The notes beneath the pieces were generated by a model. The model saw only the letters and a program-made list of their open reading frames with translations. It was not told the origin of the DNA and did not search any database. Positions 31,090 to 43,205 of a stretch of DNA of 64,000 nt are shown in pieces. The translations under genes and the position numbers were made by a program. Numbering within the stretch: the stretch's first letter is position 1; each line of letters starts with the position of its first letter. This DNA comes from Prorocentrum cordatum (lineage: Eukaryota): assembly GCA_963575745.1 (NCBI GenBank), contig CAUYUJ010000126.1, forward strand, positions 434,001 through 498,000. The letters run 5' to 3'.

Positions 31090-32750
31090 GTGAAAATGAA
31101 AGTGAAAGCCGGGTCCTTGAAGGCTCAAAGGAGGAGCCCTCCAATACACACAAAAAAGGGCGGCCCAAGAAGGCCGGGGCAGGCGGAGGAGGGCCAGCCG
31201 ACAAGCTTGACTTAGGGCCCCCCCAGACGCCAAGCCCACCCCTCACGCACGGCAGTCAGACACCACGACATGACCGCGCAGTCACCCTCGAGGCGAGCAA
31301 GTGTGCTGCAAGGAAAGTACAGGCACAAAGCTCGACGAGATGCAACGGCAATCGGGCACCGCGGAACGACCGTGCTCGCAAATCTCGAAACGAGCGAGCG
31401 CGCAGCAAAGATAATGCAGACACATCGCTCGACGATATGCAAAGAAGAAAAAACATATACTACACAATTCAATCATCACTCTCCTCGGACCTGGCGCCGA
31501 GGCGGCCCGTCCAGCGGCGCGCGCGCGCGCCTGCGCTCGACCGCGCTGACGGCGGCCTGAGCGCCGGCAGTCAGCTCGGCCTCGCTCAGGGCCGTAGGCC
31601 GCCAGGAGGTCCACGCGCGCCGCAGCGCGTCGGCCGTCTGCCGCCGCCGCCGAGGCCTCAGGCGCAGCCGCGCCGCTGGCTCCAGGCGCTCTGCCGTCGC
31701 CGCCGGGCGCGGCCTGCGGGCCAGCGGCGGCCTCGGCGCGCAGGCGCTCGACCGCGTGCCCGCTCGCTTCTGCGGCGCCGCGGGGGCTCGCAGAGCCGGC
31801 GCCCCCGCCGCCTGCCGCTGGCTGCTCGGCCACGACCCCGAGCCAAGCCGATCCCGGGCGTCCGCCAGCACAGGCCCTTGCCCGCGGAGGCTGGGGATGG
31901 CCTGGTCCTTCTAGCGCTGCCCCGCCGACCGCGGCCTTCCACCTGGGGAGTCCGCGCTCCCACAGGCTGCGCTGGTTGCGCCCGCTCCTGTCCGTCTTGT
32001 AGGCCAAGCAGGGCCCCTTCAGCCGCGGCTTGACCCCCGAGCGGCCTCCCAGCACCATGTGGGCGCCGCGCTTGGCGCGCGCCACCAGCTCCTGGGTCTG
32101 CTCGCCGTCGCCACGGCAGGCGCAGCTGAGGGCATGCCCGAGGATGCTGAAGACCGCTGCACCAGCAGGGAGGGCCGCGGCGTTGCCGGCTGAGCGGGCA
32201 CTCTCCAGGCGCGGCCCCTTGGGCTCTGGGCCCTCCTCTGCGGGCGGGGCCTGCGCGTCTGGTGGCACCTCGAAGCACGCCTGCCGCCTCTCGCCAGCAT
32301 CGGGGAGGCCCTCGCTGTCCTTCTCGCCGATGCCCTGCCAGACGACCGCGGCCTGGCCGATCCACCGCGCCAGCTCGCCGACCACCTCAGCCAGGGCATG
32401 GTGCTCGCCGACGGCCTGGCTGTCAACTGCATGCAGCCTAGCCCCCATCTTGGCGAGGCGGTCGGCGCGGTCGTTCCCGCGCCGCCAAGCCTCCGCGAGG
32501 CGCCCATCCAGCACGGCCTGGCGGCTGCAGTGCGCGAGCGCCTCCGCGCTGCAAACGAGCCAGGCTCGAAGACCGCCTGGGCCCTGCTCCGGAGGCGGGA
32601 GTTGCCCGCGTAGTTGGCCAGCATCCACACCGCAAAGTCCTCGCCGTCCTTGGCCGTCTGCTGCGGGCAGAGGTCCCGCCTCACCGCGCCGTAGGCGCCC
32701 GCGACCAGGTTCCCGTCGTCGTCGCGCTGCGCGATGGCCCAGCCTGCCGC
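31090..32750 (-). mobile_element. LINE family B copy 2, 5'-truncated within RNase H
   Basis: Collinear with the 3' part of copy 1, same 3'UTR and TGAAAG tail. Confidence 0.9.
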
Positions 32751-32910
32751 GCTGGCCTGCCATGCTGGTCTGCCGTGCTGGTCTGCCATGTTGGTATGCC
32801 GTGCTTGTCTGCCGTGCTGCTGCGGTCTGCCATGATGGTTTGCTGCGCTGTTCTGCCGACTGCGACTGCGAAAATCAGGGACTTGAAGGCGAGGGGGGGG
32901 GGAATCCCCC

Positions 32911-34368
32911 GAGAAGAAAAGAAAAGAAAAGAAAAGAAAAGAAAAGAAAAGAAAAGAAAAGAAAAGAAAAAGAAAAGACAAGACAAGACAAGAAAAGAAA
33001 AGAAAAGAAAAGAAAAGAAAAGAAAAGAAAAGAAAAGAAAAGAAAAGAAAATAAAGAGCCCACTGAGGACCAGGGGCCCCGCCGACGGGGCCGAGGCCGC
33101 AAAAAGGCTTTCCCGAGAGGGGCGCCAGGCGGGGGGCGCGGCAGCCAGAGGGCCTCGAACCACCCCCCGCCCGCCGCGGGCCGCACAACCCTCGGGGCAT
33201 CTCCACTGCATATGGAAGTCCGGCGAGGGCGCGCTCAAATACAGGAGGAAACACAAGCGTGAGCGGGAACAGACTGCAGCGCGATACGCATACATACTCA
33301 CGCCCGGGCTCACCCCAGAAGTGCACGAGCCAATGACGACTCCTCTGCAGAGCGCATTCAAACACAGGAGCGCCCGTCATCGCAACCACTTCCAGCGCCC
33401 AGTCCTGCGTGGCCGATGCCGCTCTCGGAGGCGGCCCGGATGCGGCCCATCGTCGGGGGGCGGTGCGAAGAATACCCGTTTCGCAGCTCCCCCAACCGCG
33501 GGCGAGGCCCAGCACGGCCCCCCCCCCCCTTAGGCGCCCTTGCTCTCGCACTCGCGCCCCAGCGGCACGCGCTCAGCCACGGCCTCAAACACCTCGACCT
33601 CCACCGCTCGCTCGGAGACAGCGGCCGCGTCCTCGATTGGCGGCCGCGCTGCATCCAGGAGCACAAGGCCTTGGGCGATGTCGCTACGGCGAAGGGCGAC
33701 AATGGCCTCCTGGGCGGCAGCGAGCGCCTTCAGCGCATGGCACCTCTCGAACTCCACGACTCCCTCCGCGGGCGGCCCCGCATGGACCTGCAACGCTGGC
33801 AGCGCGAGCGGGTCCGAGAGCGCGCCTCTGCTCATCTTGCAGGTTCGAGTCGGGCGTGCAATTCCCGAAGGCGGCCTCCACGGCGGCCCCGCAGATCCGC
33901 CGCGCGAGCCCCGGCCGTCGACGACGCACTCGAATAACGCCTCGCGCAGCCACTCCGCCGCGAGGTCGACATGCGGAACCTGCGCCGCAACCTCGCCGGG
34001 GAGCCCCGCGGCGGGGCGGAGCACCGACGACGCCTCAGCCACGCCCGACTCGCTGGCCTTCATGACGCCCGCGGGCGGCGCCAGATGGGCCAGAACGACC
34101 TCGGCGGGATGCTGCTGGGCCAGCTCGGCGAGGCGCCAGCCCGCAACGATCCCCTGCCCACAGGGCCAGCTCGGCTGCTCGACGTCGACCGCCGAGCGCC
34201 CAGCCGCCTCGGGGGCCGCGGCGGGGGCCCGCGCGCCGGGCGGCCTGCGCCGGCAGCGCTCCGCGCGCCCGCGCCCTCGCTGAGGGTGCCCTTCTCCTCG
34301 CGCGCGCCTGGCCCCAACGCCGCAGCGGTCTCCGCCGCGGGCGAGAACTGGGGCGGCATGTCCTCGCC
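32911..34368 (-). mobile_element. Family C element 1: retroposed element with ~140-nt (TTTTC)n tail and unidentified GC-rich coding-like body
   Basis: (GAAAA)n at 32911-33050 on the + strand. The adjacent ~180 nt are homologous to 34490-34670. No RT motifs seen. Confidence 0.6.
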
Positions 34369-34477
34369 GCTCTGCTGGTCTGCTGTGCTGGTCTGCCGTG
34401 ATGGTCTGCCGCGCCGGTCTGCCATGCCCCTGGTCTGCCGCGCCGGTCTGCCGAATGCAAATGCGCACAACTGGGCG

Positions 34478-35990
34478 GGAAAGGAACGAGAAGGAGCCCA
34501 CGGAGGGCCAGGGCCCCCGCCGCGGGGCCGAGGCCGCAAAGGGCCCCCCCCGGGAGGGGGGGGGGCGGGGGGGCACGAGGCGGGGGGCGCGGCAATCGAA
34601 AGTCCCAAGCCTGCTCCCTCCCGCCGAGGGCAGCACGCCCCATCGGGGCATCTCAACTGCATAGCAAGGTCGGGCAAAGACGCATTCACCGAAGCGAAAG
34701 AAGTCGAACTACACAGCGGACGGCCAACAGCCGCAAACAAATACAGGAGGCATCGCTCACAATCCACACCGCGCCTGGAGGGTCTGCGCCGCAGCACTCC
34801 CCAGAGCCCACCGCGGCAGCCCGAATCCACATCGCGACAGACGACGACGGGAGGCTGGAAACTCAGACCGCGCCCTGCCGCGTTCTCTCAGTCTTCGCAA
34901 GATCCAACATGCCTGCACATGCGAATGAGGCGATCAAGCTCGCGCGAGCGCTCTGCGACCACGCCTGGCGGGAGGGCCTCCCCCAGTCTGGCCCCCATCG
35001 GCGAACCGGGCTCTCCAATCAATGGGTCTCCGACGCGGCCGAACGGAAAGGCCGAGCGCCCCGCTATCGCAGGGGCGCATCAAGTCAACGGCTCTGGCCT
35101 GGGTCGCCCACGAGGGGCCAGACCAACTGGGGGCGTCGTCAGGCCGAAGGGTGCGACGGGCCTCCCAGGGCCCCAGCCTCCGCGTCGACGACGTCGGGAG
35201 ATGGGCGAAAGGCACCCGCCTCGCAGCCGCCACGGCCGCGGCAGGGCGCCCCTCGGCCCCGCCGCTCAACGCCTCGGCCCTGGCGCGCGGAGAGGAGGGC
35301 GAGGGCCAGCAACAGCTCCCCGTCGCTCCCTCGGACTCCTCGCCGTCGCCAACAACGCGATGATCTGCTTCGATCTCAGCGGCCAGCTCCACGCCCAAAC
35401 CTCCCAAAATAAAGCCGACCTACACGCCCGGCCGCGCCGAGGAGCGCAGCGGCGCGCGGCGCGACCGGAACGGCTGGGCGCGAGACTGCAGGCGCGTCCG
35501 CGCAACTGCGGGCCGCGCGAGCGCCGCGGCTGGCTCGGCGATGCAGTCGTCGATCTCGATCTCCAGCGGCGACCGCGCCGCCACCAGGCTGGGGGCTTCG
35601 CCCGGGCGGGGCCCGCGCTCGGCCTCGCGCCAGGCAGGCGGCTCCGCCCTGGTCTCCGGGCAGGAGGCGGCGCGCCGCGCCACGTTGCGCAGCCGCGCGG
35701 CCGCCGGGGCCACGGGCTTGCCTGCGAGGCGGGCCGCGAGAACCGGCCGCGCGATCGCCTCGCGCCGCGGCACCTCGGGGCCCCCGTCGCCGTCGAGCTC
35801 GGCCCCGAGCAGCTCGCGGAGCCTGGCTGCCTCGCGCAGGGCCTCGAACAGCTCGCGCGCCAGCCGCTGCGCGAGGCGGTCCGCGGAGGCGCGCGCTCAG
35901 GCAGCGCCTCGCAGGACCTCCCGCGCCATCTCGCCCACGCGCCCGCACGCCGCGCACGCTCGAGCATGGCTTCGCGCGCGCTGGCCGATT
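34478..35990 (-). mobile_element. Family C element 2: same 3' module as element 1, visibly different coding-like body
   Basis: GAGCCCAC..AGGGCCCCCGCCG..GGGGCCGAGGCCGCAAA and TCGGGGCATCTC(C/A)ACTGCATA shared with element 1. Confidence 0.55.
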
Positions 35991-38720
35991 AAAGCGAAAG
36001 TGAAAGTGAAAGCCGGGGCCTCAAAAGCTCAAAGAAGGGGCCCTCCAATACACGCAAAAACGGGGCGGCCCGAAAAGGACCGGGGCAGGCGGAGGCGGGC
36101 CAGCCGACAGGCCTGACATAAGGCCCCCCCGGGCGCCTAGCCACCCCGCGCGCACGGCAATCGAGCATCGCGAAATGGCCGGTAAGAGCAGACACTGCAC
36201 TCGATCAAACAGACAACCAGAATGAGCATGCGAACTGCCATCGGAAAAAACAGACACCACACTCGATCAATGTGACGTGAAAGAGCACGTGAACTGCAAT
36301 CAATGACAAGAACAGATACTACACTCGTCTACAAAAAATCCTCGGGCCCGGCCCCGAGGCGGCGGGCGCCGCGGCGCACCCTCGTCGCGAAGCGAGCAAG
36401 CGAGCTGCTACAAGGGCAGTACGGACATACACTCGAACAAACAGGAGACCAGAACGACCACGCGAACCGCCTCAGGAGAACAGACACAGCACTCGAACAA
36501 ACTCAAATGAACGAGCAAACGAGATGCAATCGAAGAAAGAACAGATACTACACTTATTCAATCATCGCTCTCCTCGGCCCTGGCTCCGAGGCGGTCCGCG
36601 CGGCGGCGCGCGCGCCTGCGCTCGACCGCGCTGACGGCGGCCTGAGCGCCGGCTGTCAGCTCGGCCTCGCTCAGGCCGCAGGCCGCCAGGAGGTCCTCGC
36701 GAGCCGCAGCTCCGCGGCCGCCTGCCGCCGCAGCAGAGGCCCCAGGCGCAGGCCCGCCGCTGGCCCCAGGCGCCCTGCCGCCGCCGCCAGGCGAGGCGTG
36801 AGGGCCAGCGGCGGCCTCGGCGCGCAGGCGCTCGGCCTCCTGCCCGCTCGCTCCTGCGGCTCCGCTGGGGCTCGCAGCGCTGGCGCCACCGCCGCCTGCC
36901 GCTGGCTGCTCGGCCACGACCCCGAGCCGCTCCAGGCAGCGCTCCTGGGCGCCCGCCGGCACTGGCCTTTGCCCGCGGAGGCCGGGGGTGGCCCGGTCCT
37001 TCTGGCGCTGCTTCGCCGACCTCGGCCTTCCACCTGGGTGGGGCCCGCGCCCCCACAGGCTGCGCTGGCTGCGCCCGCTCTCGTCCGTCTTGTCAGCCAG
37101 GCAGGGCCCCTCCAGCCGCGGCTTGACCCCCGAACGACCTCCCAGCGCCATGTAGGCGCCGCACTTGGTGCACGCCACCAGCTCCCGGGTCTGCTCGCCG
37201 TCGCCGCAGCAGGCGTAGCTGAGGGCATGCCCGCGGATGCTGAAGGCCGCCGCGCTAGCAGAGAGGGCCGCGGCGCTGCCGGCCGAGCGGGCGCTCTCCA
37301 GGCGCGGCCTCTTGGGCTCTGGGCCCTCCTCCTCCTGGTCGGCGGGCGGGGCCTGCGAGTCTGGCGGCACCTGGGAGCGCACCTGCCGCCGCTCGTCAAC
37401 ATCTGGAAGGCCTTCACTGTCCTTCCCGCTGATGCCCTGCCAGATGACCGCGGCCTGGCCAATCCACCGCGCTGGCTCGCCGACCACCTCAGCCAGCGCA
37501 TGGTGTCCGCCACACCGCAAAGTCCTCGCCGTCCTTGGCCGTCTGCTGCGGGCAGAAGTCCCGCCTCACCGTGCCGTAGACGCCCGCGACCAGGTTCCCG
37601 TCGTCGTCGCACTGCGCGATGGCCCAGCCAGTTCCGCGGAGGGAGCTGAAGTGCGGCTCGAGAGCCGAGCCGTCCAAGTACAGCTTCCCATTCACCTTGT
37701 CGCCAGGCGGCCTGCGGATCCACCGCGCGCTCATGGCGTCTGTGCGGCGGCCCTGCGGAGGGGGCGGTGCTGGCAGCCAGCAGCGAGCGAAGTTCTCTCC
37801 TGCCGCCTCGCTTTGTGCACGAACCCGTTCGGTGCACCTAACGAGTCGTGGAGACACGCTGTCCCTCCGCTGGGCCGCCAACATGGGGCACTCGAAGAGC
37901 CCGTGCCACAGGGTGCCACGCGCCCCCCCGCAGCAGCGGAACCTGGCGTGGCCGCGCTCCTTGGCGTCGTACAGCCTGGCCCGCGTCCAGTGCGTGTTGG
38001 AGATGTAGGCGATCAGAGCATGCTGCTCTCGCTCGCCTAGGTCCCCCCCAGGTCCGAGCAGCGGCGCGATGGCATCCCAAAACAGAGGCCCCAGAGAAGC
38101 CCTGCTGCGGGCGAGCTTCCGCATCTCATGGCGGTCAGAGGCGCGCCGCGCCCCGAGCCCAGCCTCGATCCCCAGCTCGCGCGGGCCCAGGATCGTGAGG
38201 TCCAGCTTGTCCCCGAGGTCCGTGACGAGGCACCGCTCCGACTCGAAATGCAAACCGATCCTGGCCAGGGTGAGCACCGCTGCATCCACGGGGGACGCGC
38301 AGTGCACCCACGGCGACACAGCCTCGGCGCGTCGGGCTGCTGCTGCCTCCAGCCCACGCCTCAACATCCGCAAGGGCAGCTCCCCCGATTGGAGCAGCGC
38401 CGCCAACATCTGCACCGTGTAGCCCGCGGCGAGCACCGCTGGGTCCAGGTCGCGCCGCCGCCCGCAGCTCCACACAACGAAGCCTCAGGCCCAGGGCAGC
38501 ATCGCAAGGCAGCCGACCAGCACTGCGGCACGCTGTGAGCCGCCAGCTGTGTAGCTCCCCGTCCGCGATGCCCGTCACCGTGCGCGCCCAGATCATGCTG
38601 GCCGTCGGCCCTGCCTTGTGGATCAGGTCGACCTCCACTCCTGCAGCCTTGAGGCAGCGAAGCCGCCTGGCGCGCTGCAGGGCTCCAGCAGCACGGGCTC
38701 GACCTTCGTGAACACCTCCG
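35991..38720 (-). mobile_element. LINE family B copy 3, 5'-truncated after the RT core, with an internal deletion in RNase H near 37505
   Basis: Same 3'UTR and tail; LYLDGSALEPH and QTAKDGEDFA. Retains the post-RT segment missing from copy 1. Confidence 0.9.
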
Positions 38721-38739
38721 TCCTCCCACTTCCTCCGGC

Positions 38740-38978
38740 AACTTCCTCCTCCTACCTCCTCCTCCTCCTCCTCCTCCTCCTCCTCCTCCTCCTCGTCCTC
38801 GTCCTCTCCTCCTCCTCCTCCTCCTCCTCCTCCTCCTCTCCTGACCTCTCCTCCTCCTTCCGTTCCTGCTGTTCCTCCTTTTCGATTTAGCTCCCCCTCC
38901 TGCCTGCTTTCCTCCTCCTCCTCCTCCTCCTCCTCCTCCTCCTCCTCCTCCTCCTCCTCTTCCTCCTCCGCCTCCGCC
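38740..38978. repeat. (CCT)n microsatellite
   Basis: Directly visible. Confidence 0.9.
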
Positions 38979-39320
38979 ATCTCTAATTTCCTGCTCTGGT
39001 CCGCATCTGCCTTCTGAAAGATCTCGTGGGAGTCTCCTGGGGGCCTCTTGAAAGTGTCGCGGAAGCCTTATTGGAGGCTCTCGTTGGCACCTCGCGGGGT
39101 CTCTTAAGGCCTCCTGAGGGCCTCATGGACGCCTCCCGCGGGCTTTTCGGAGCCTCTTGGAGGCCTCCTCGGGGCCTCATGGGTGCCTCTTCGGGCGTCC
39201 TGGGAGCCTCTTGAGGCCGCTGGAGGTGGCTCGGGGCGCCTCTCGGGGTCCTTGCGGGGTCGCGTTGCAGCCTCGAAAACGTATCGGTAACGAAGAAGCG
39301 GGACGGCAAACATCATTGCT

Positions 39321-39410
39321 AATCCCACCGGCCCTCTGGGCGTCGGTGGTTTAGAGCGTTTCTTCTTCCACCCCTCCTTCTTCCCTTTCTGGGAGGGGTT
39401 TATCACTGTT
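39321..39410 (+). mobile_element. 5' fragment related to family Y
   Basis: AATCCCACCGGCCCTCTGGGCGTCGGTGGTTTAGAG...CTTCTTCCC..GGGTTTA matches 57185-57270. Confidence 0.55.
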
Positions 39411-39494
39411 CCCTATTAATATACACCCCCTCCCCTGGGCGACTGGGGGCCAACCCGAGTCCATGAGGGCCCCCCCATCATCCTTTGTAAACAA

Positions 39495-41016
39495 TTATCC
39501 CGGCAAAGCAACCTAACAGCGATGTGTATAAGCATATCTGGAAGCATTCCCCTTAAGATTCAGGTGAGAATCCAGTTGTAGAATTCTGCTGTTCTCGCAG
39601 TCGCAGTCGCATTCGCAATGACAGTCGCAGTGGCAACGGCCTCAGGATCCAAGGGAATCCTAAGGATTTCTAGGGGTTCCTACGGCGTCCTTAGGCATCC
39701 TTAGGAATCCATAGGAATCCTTAGGAAACCTTAGGAATCCTTAGGAATCCTGATTCCTAGGGATTCCTGAGGATTCCTAAGGATTCCTGAGGAATCCTAA
39801 GGATTCCTAAGGATTCCTGAGGATGCTCAACTATGCCTACGGATTCCTAAGGATGCCTACGGATTCGTAAGGAGTCCTAAAGATTCCTAAGGATTCCTAT
39901 GGATTCGTACGGATGCCTCAACCTGCCTCAGTTTCAGCCTCAGCCTCAGCCTGCCTCGGCTGGCCTCAGCCTCAGCCTCAGCCTGCCTCGGCCTCAGCCT
40001 CAGCCTGCCTCAGCCTCAGCCTCAGCCTGCCTCGGCCTCAGCCTGCCTCATCAGCCTCAGCCTCAGCCTCAGCCTCAGCCTCAGCCTGCCTCGGCTTGCC
40101 TCAGCCTCAGCCTCAGCCTCAGCCTGCCTCGGCCTCAGCCTGCCTCGGCCTCAGCCTGCCTCAGCCTCCCCTCCCCTCCTCCCCCCCCTTCCCCCCCCCC
40201 ATTCAGCCTCACCTTGTCTCAGCTTCGGCATGCCTCGGCCTCATCCTCAGCCTCAGCCCCAGTCTCAGCCTGTCTCGGCCTGAGCCTGCCTCGGCCTCAG
40301 CCTCAGCCTGCCTCAGCCTCAGCCTGCCTCAGCCTCAGCCTCAGCCTGTCTTAGCCTCAGCCTCAGCCTACCTCAGCCTCAGCCTGCCTCAGCCTCAGCC
40401 TCAGCCTGCCTCGGCGTGCCTCAGCCTCAGCCTCAGCCTGCCTCGGTCTCAGCCTGCCTCGGCCTCAGCCTGCCCCAGCTCGGGCATTCAAAATATGGCA
40501 CAGGACTAGTGATCTGGGAACACGAAGATCACGACGTGGACCACAGTTGGCTCCGGGCAATCAAAATATGATGCAGGAATAGTGTTCTGGGAACACGAAG
40601 AACACGAAGTGGCCTACAGTTGGCTCCGGGCATTCAAAATTAGCCTGGGAATTCTGTTTTGGGAACACGAAGAACACGAAGTGGCCTACAGGTGGCTCTG
40701 GGCATTCAAAATGTGGCCTGGGAATGGTGTTTTGGGAAGACGAAGAACACGAAGTGGCCTACAGTTGGCTCCGGGCATTCAAAATGTGGCCTGGGAATGG
40801 TGTTCTGGGAGCACGAAGAACACGAAGTGGCCTACAGCTGGCTCCGGGCATTCAAAATCATGCCCAGGGAGTGGTGTTCGGTTGGCCCTGGCAATGAAAA
40901 TAGGGAGTCCCCGGATTCCCGCGGCACCCGTCCGGCATCTGCCCAGACCCCCCTGGGGAGTCATGATGCTCTCTTTTGACCCCACTAGAAACCTATCAGT
41001 CTTCGCTGTTAGGTAG
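39495..41016 (-). mobile_element. Family X copy 2
   Basis: ACCTAACAGCGA near the left end and TCGCTGTTAGGT at the right end; same internal repeat order as copy 1. Confidence 0.82.
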
Positions 41017-41104
41017 CAATACACAACAAACTCTGCCTCCAAATTCGGAGCATGCGCAGCGAACCCGATGCGGCCTCCCCCCACCATTCCGGTCAAAAAA
41101 CATG

Positions 41105-43197
41105 TATCCCGGCAGAGCAACCTAACAGCGATGTGTAGGAGCATATCTGGAAGCATTCCCCTTAAGATTCAGATGAGAATCCAGTTGTAGAATTCTGCTG
41201 TTCTCGCAATCGTAGTTGCATTCGCGATGACAGCCGCAGTGGCAACGGCAGTCGCAGTCACAGCCTCAGCCTCAGCCTGCCTCAGCCTCAGCCTCAGCCT
41301 GCCTCAGCCTCAGCCTGCCTCAGACTCAGCCTCAGCCTGCTTCAGCCTCAGCATCAGTCTGCCTTCGGCCTCGGCCTCAGCCTCAGCCTGCCTCAGCCTC
41401 AGCCTGCATCAGCCTCAGCCTCAGCCTCAGCCTGCCTCAGCTCAGCCTGCCTCAGCCTCAGCCTCAGCCTGCCTCAGCCTCAGCCTGCTTCAGCCTCAGC
41501 CTCAGTCTGCCTTCGGCCTCGGCCTCAGCCTCAGCCCGCCTCAGCCTCAGCCTGCATCAGCCTCAGCCTCAGCCTCAGCCTGCCTCAGCATCAGCCTCAG
41601 CCTCAGCCTCAGCCTGCCTCAGCCTCAGCCTCATGCTCAGCCTCAGCCTCAGCCTGCCTCAAGCTGCCTCAGCCTCAGCCATCGGCCTCAGCCTCAGCCT
41701 GCCTCAGCCTCAGCCTCAGCCTCAGCCTCAGCCTCAGCTCAGCCTGCTCAGCCTCAGCCTTGCCTCAGTCTGCCTCGGCCTCAGCCTCAGCCTCAGCCTC
41801 AGCCTGCCTCAGCCTCAGCCTCAGCCTGCCTCAGCCTCAGCCTGCATCAGCCTCAGCCTCAGCCATCAGCCTGCCTCAGCATCAGCCTGCCTCAGCCTCA
41901 GCCTCAGCCTCTGCCTCAGCCTCAGCCTGCTTCAGCCTCAGCCTCAGTCTGCCTTCAGCCTCGGCCTCAGCCTCAGCCTGCCTCAGCCTCAGCCTGCATC
42001 AGCCTCAGCCTCAGCCCTCAGGCCTCAGCCTCAGCCTGCCTCAGCCTCAGCCTCAGCCTGCCTCAGCCTCAGCCTGCCTCAGCCTCAGCCTCAGCCTGCT
42101 TCAGCCTCAGCCTCAGTCTGCCTTCAGCCTCGGCCTCAGCCTCAGCCTGCCTTAGCCTCAGCCTGCATCAGCCTCAGCCTCAGCCTCAGCCTGCCTCAGC
42201 ATCAGCCTGCCTCAGCCTCAGCCTCAGCCTGCCTCAGCCTCAGCCTCAGCCTGCTTCAGCCTCAGCCTCAGTCTGCCTTCTGCCTCGCCTCAGCCTCAGG
42301 CTGCCTCAGCCTCGGCCTGCATCAGCCTCAGCCTCAGCCTCAGCCTGCCTCAGCATCAGCCTGCCTCAGCCTCAGCCTCAGCCTGCCTCAGCCTCAGCCT
42401 CAGCCTGCTTCAGCCTCGGCATCAGTCTGCCTTCAGCCTCGGCCTCAGCCTCAGCATGCCTCAGCCTCAGCCTGCATCAGCCTCAGCCTCAGCCTCAGCC
42501 TGCCTCAGCATCAGCCTGCCTCAGCCTCAGCCTCAGCCTGCCTCAGCCTCAGACTCAGCCTGCTTCAGCCTCAGCCTCAGTCTGCCTTCAGCCTCGGCCT
42601 CAGCCTCAGCTCAGCCTGCCTCAGCCTCAGCATCAGCCTGCCTCAGCATTCAAAATGTGGCCCGGGAATGGAGTTCTGGGAACTCGAAGAACACGAAGTG
42701 GCCTACAGTTGGCTCCGGGCATTCAAAATCATGCCCAGGAATGGAGTTCTGGGAACTCGAAGACCACGAAGTGGCCTACAGTTGGCTCCGGGCATTCAAA
42801 ATCAGGCCCAGGAATGGAGTTCTGGGAACTCGAAGACCACGAAGTGGCCTACAGTTGGCTCCGGGCATTCAAATCATGCCCAGGAATGGAGTTCTGGGAA
42901 CTCGAAGAAAACGAAGTGGCCTACAGTTGGCTCCGGGCATTCAAAATCATGCCCAGGAATTGAGTTCTGGGACCTCGAAGAACACGAAGTGGCCTACAGT
43001 TGGCTCCAGGCATTCAAAATCATGCCCAGGAATGGAGTTCTGAGAAGTCGAAGACCACGAAGTGCGTTACTGCTGGCTAAAAAAAGAGTCCCCAGATTCC
43101 CGCGGCACCCGTCCGGCATCTGCCCAGACCCCCCTGGGGAGTCATGATGCTCTCTTTTGACCCTACTAGAAATCTATCAGTCTTCGCTGTTAGGTAA
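41105..43197 (-). mobile_element. Family X copy 3 (variant lacking the GGAATCC palindromic block, longer (CCTCAG)n)
   Basis: Same termini. Confidence 0.82.
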
Positions 43198-43205
43198 CTA
43201 TTGAA

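Noticed and set aside
26804..37649. Long plus-strand ORFs (554, 427, 410, 673, 448 aa)
   Set aside because: Antisense shadows of GC-rich minus-strand retroelements; no domain motifs
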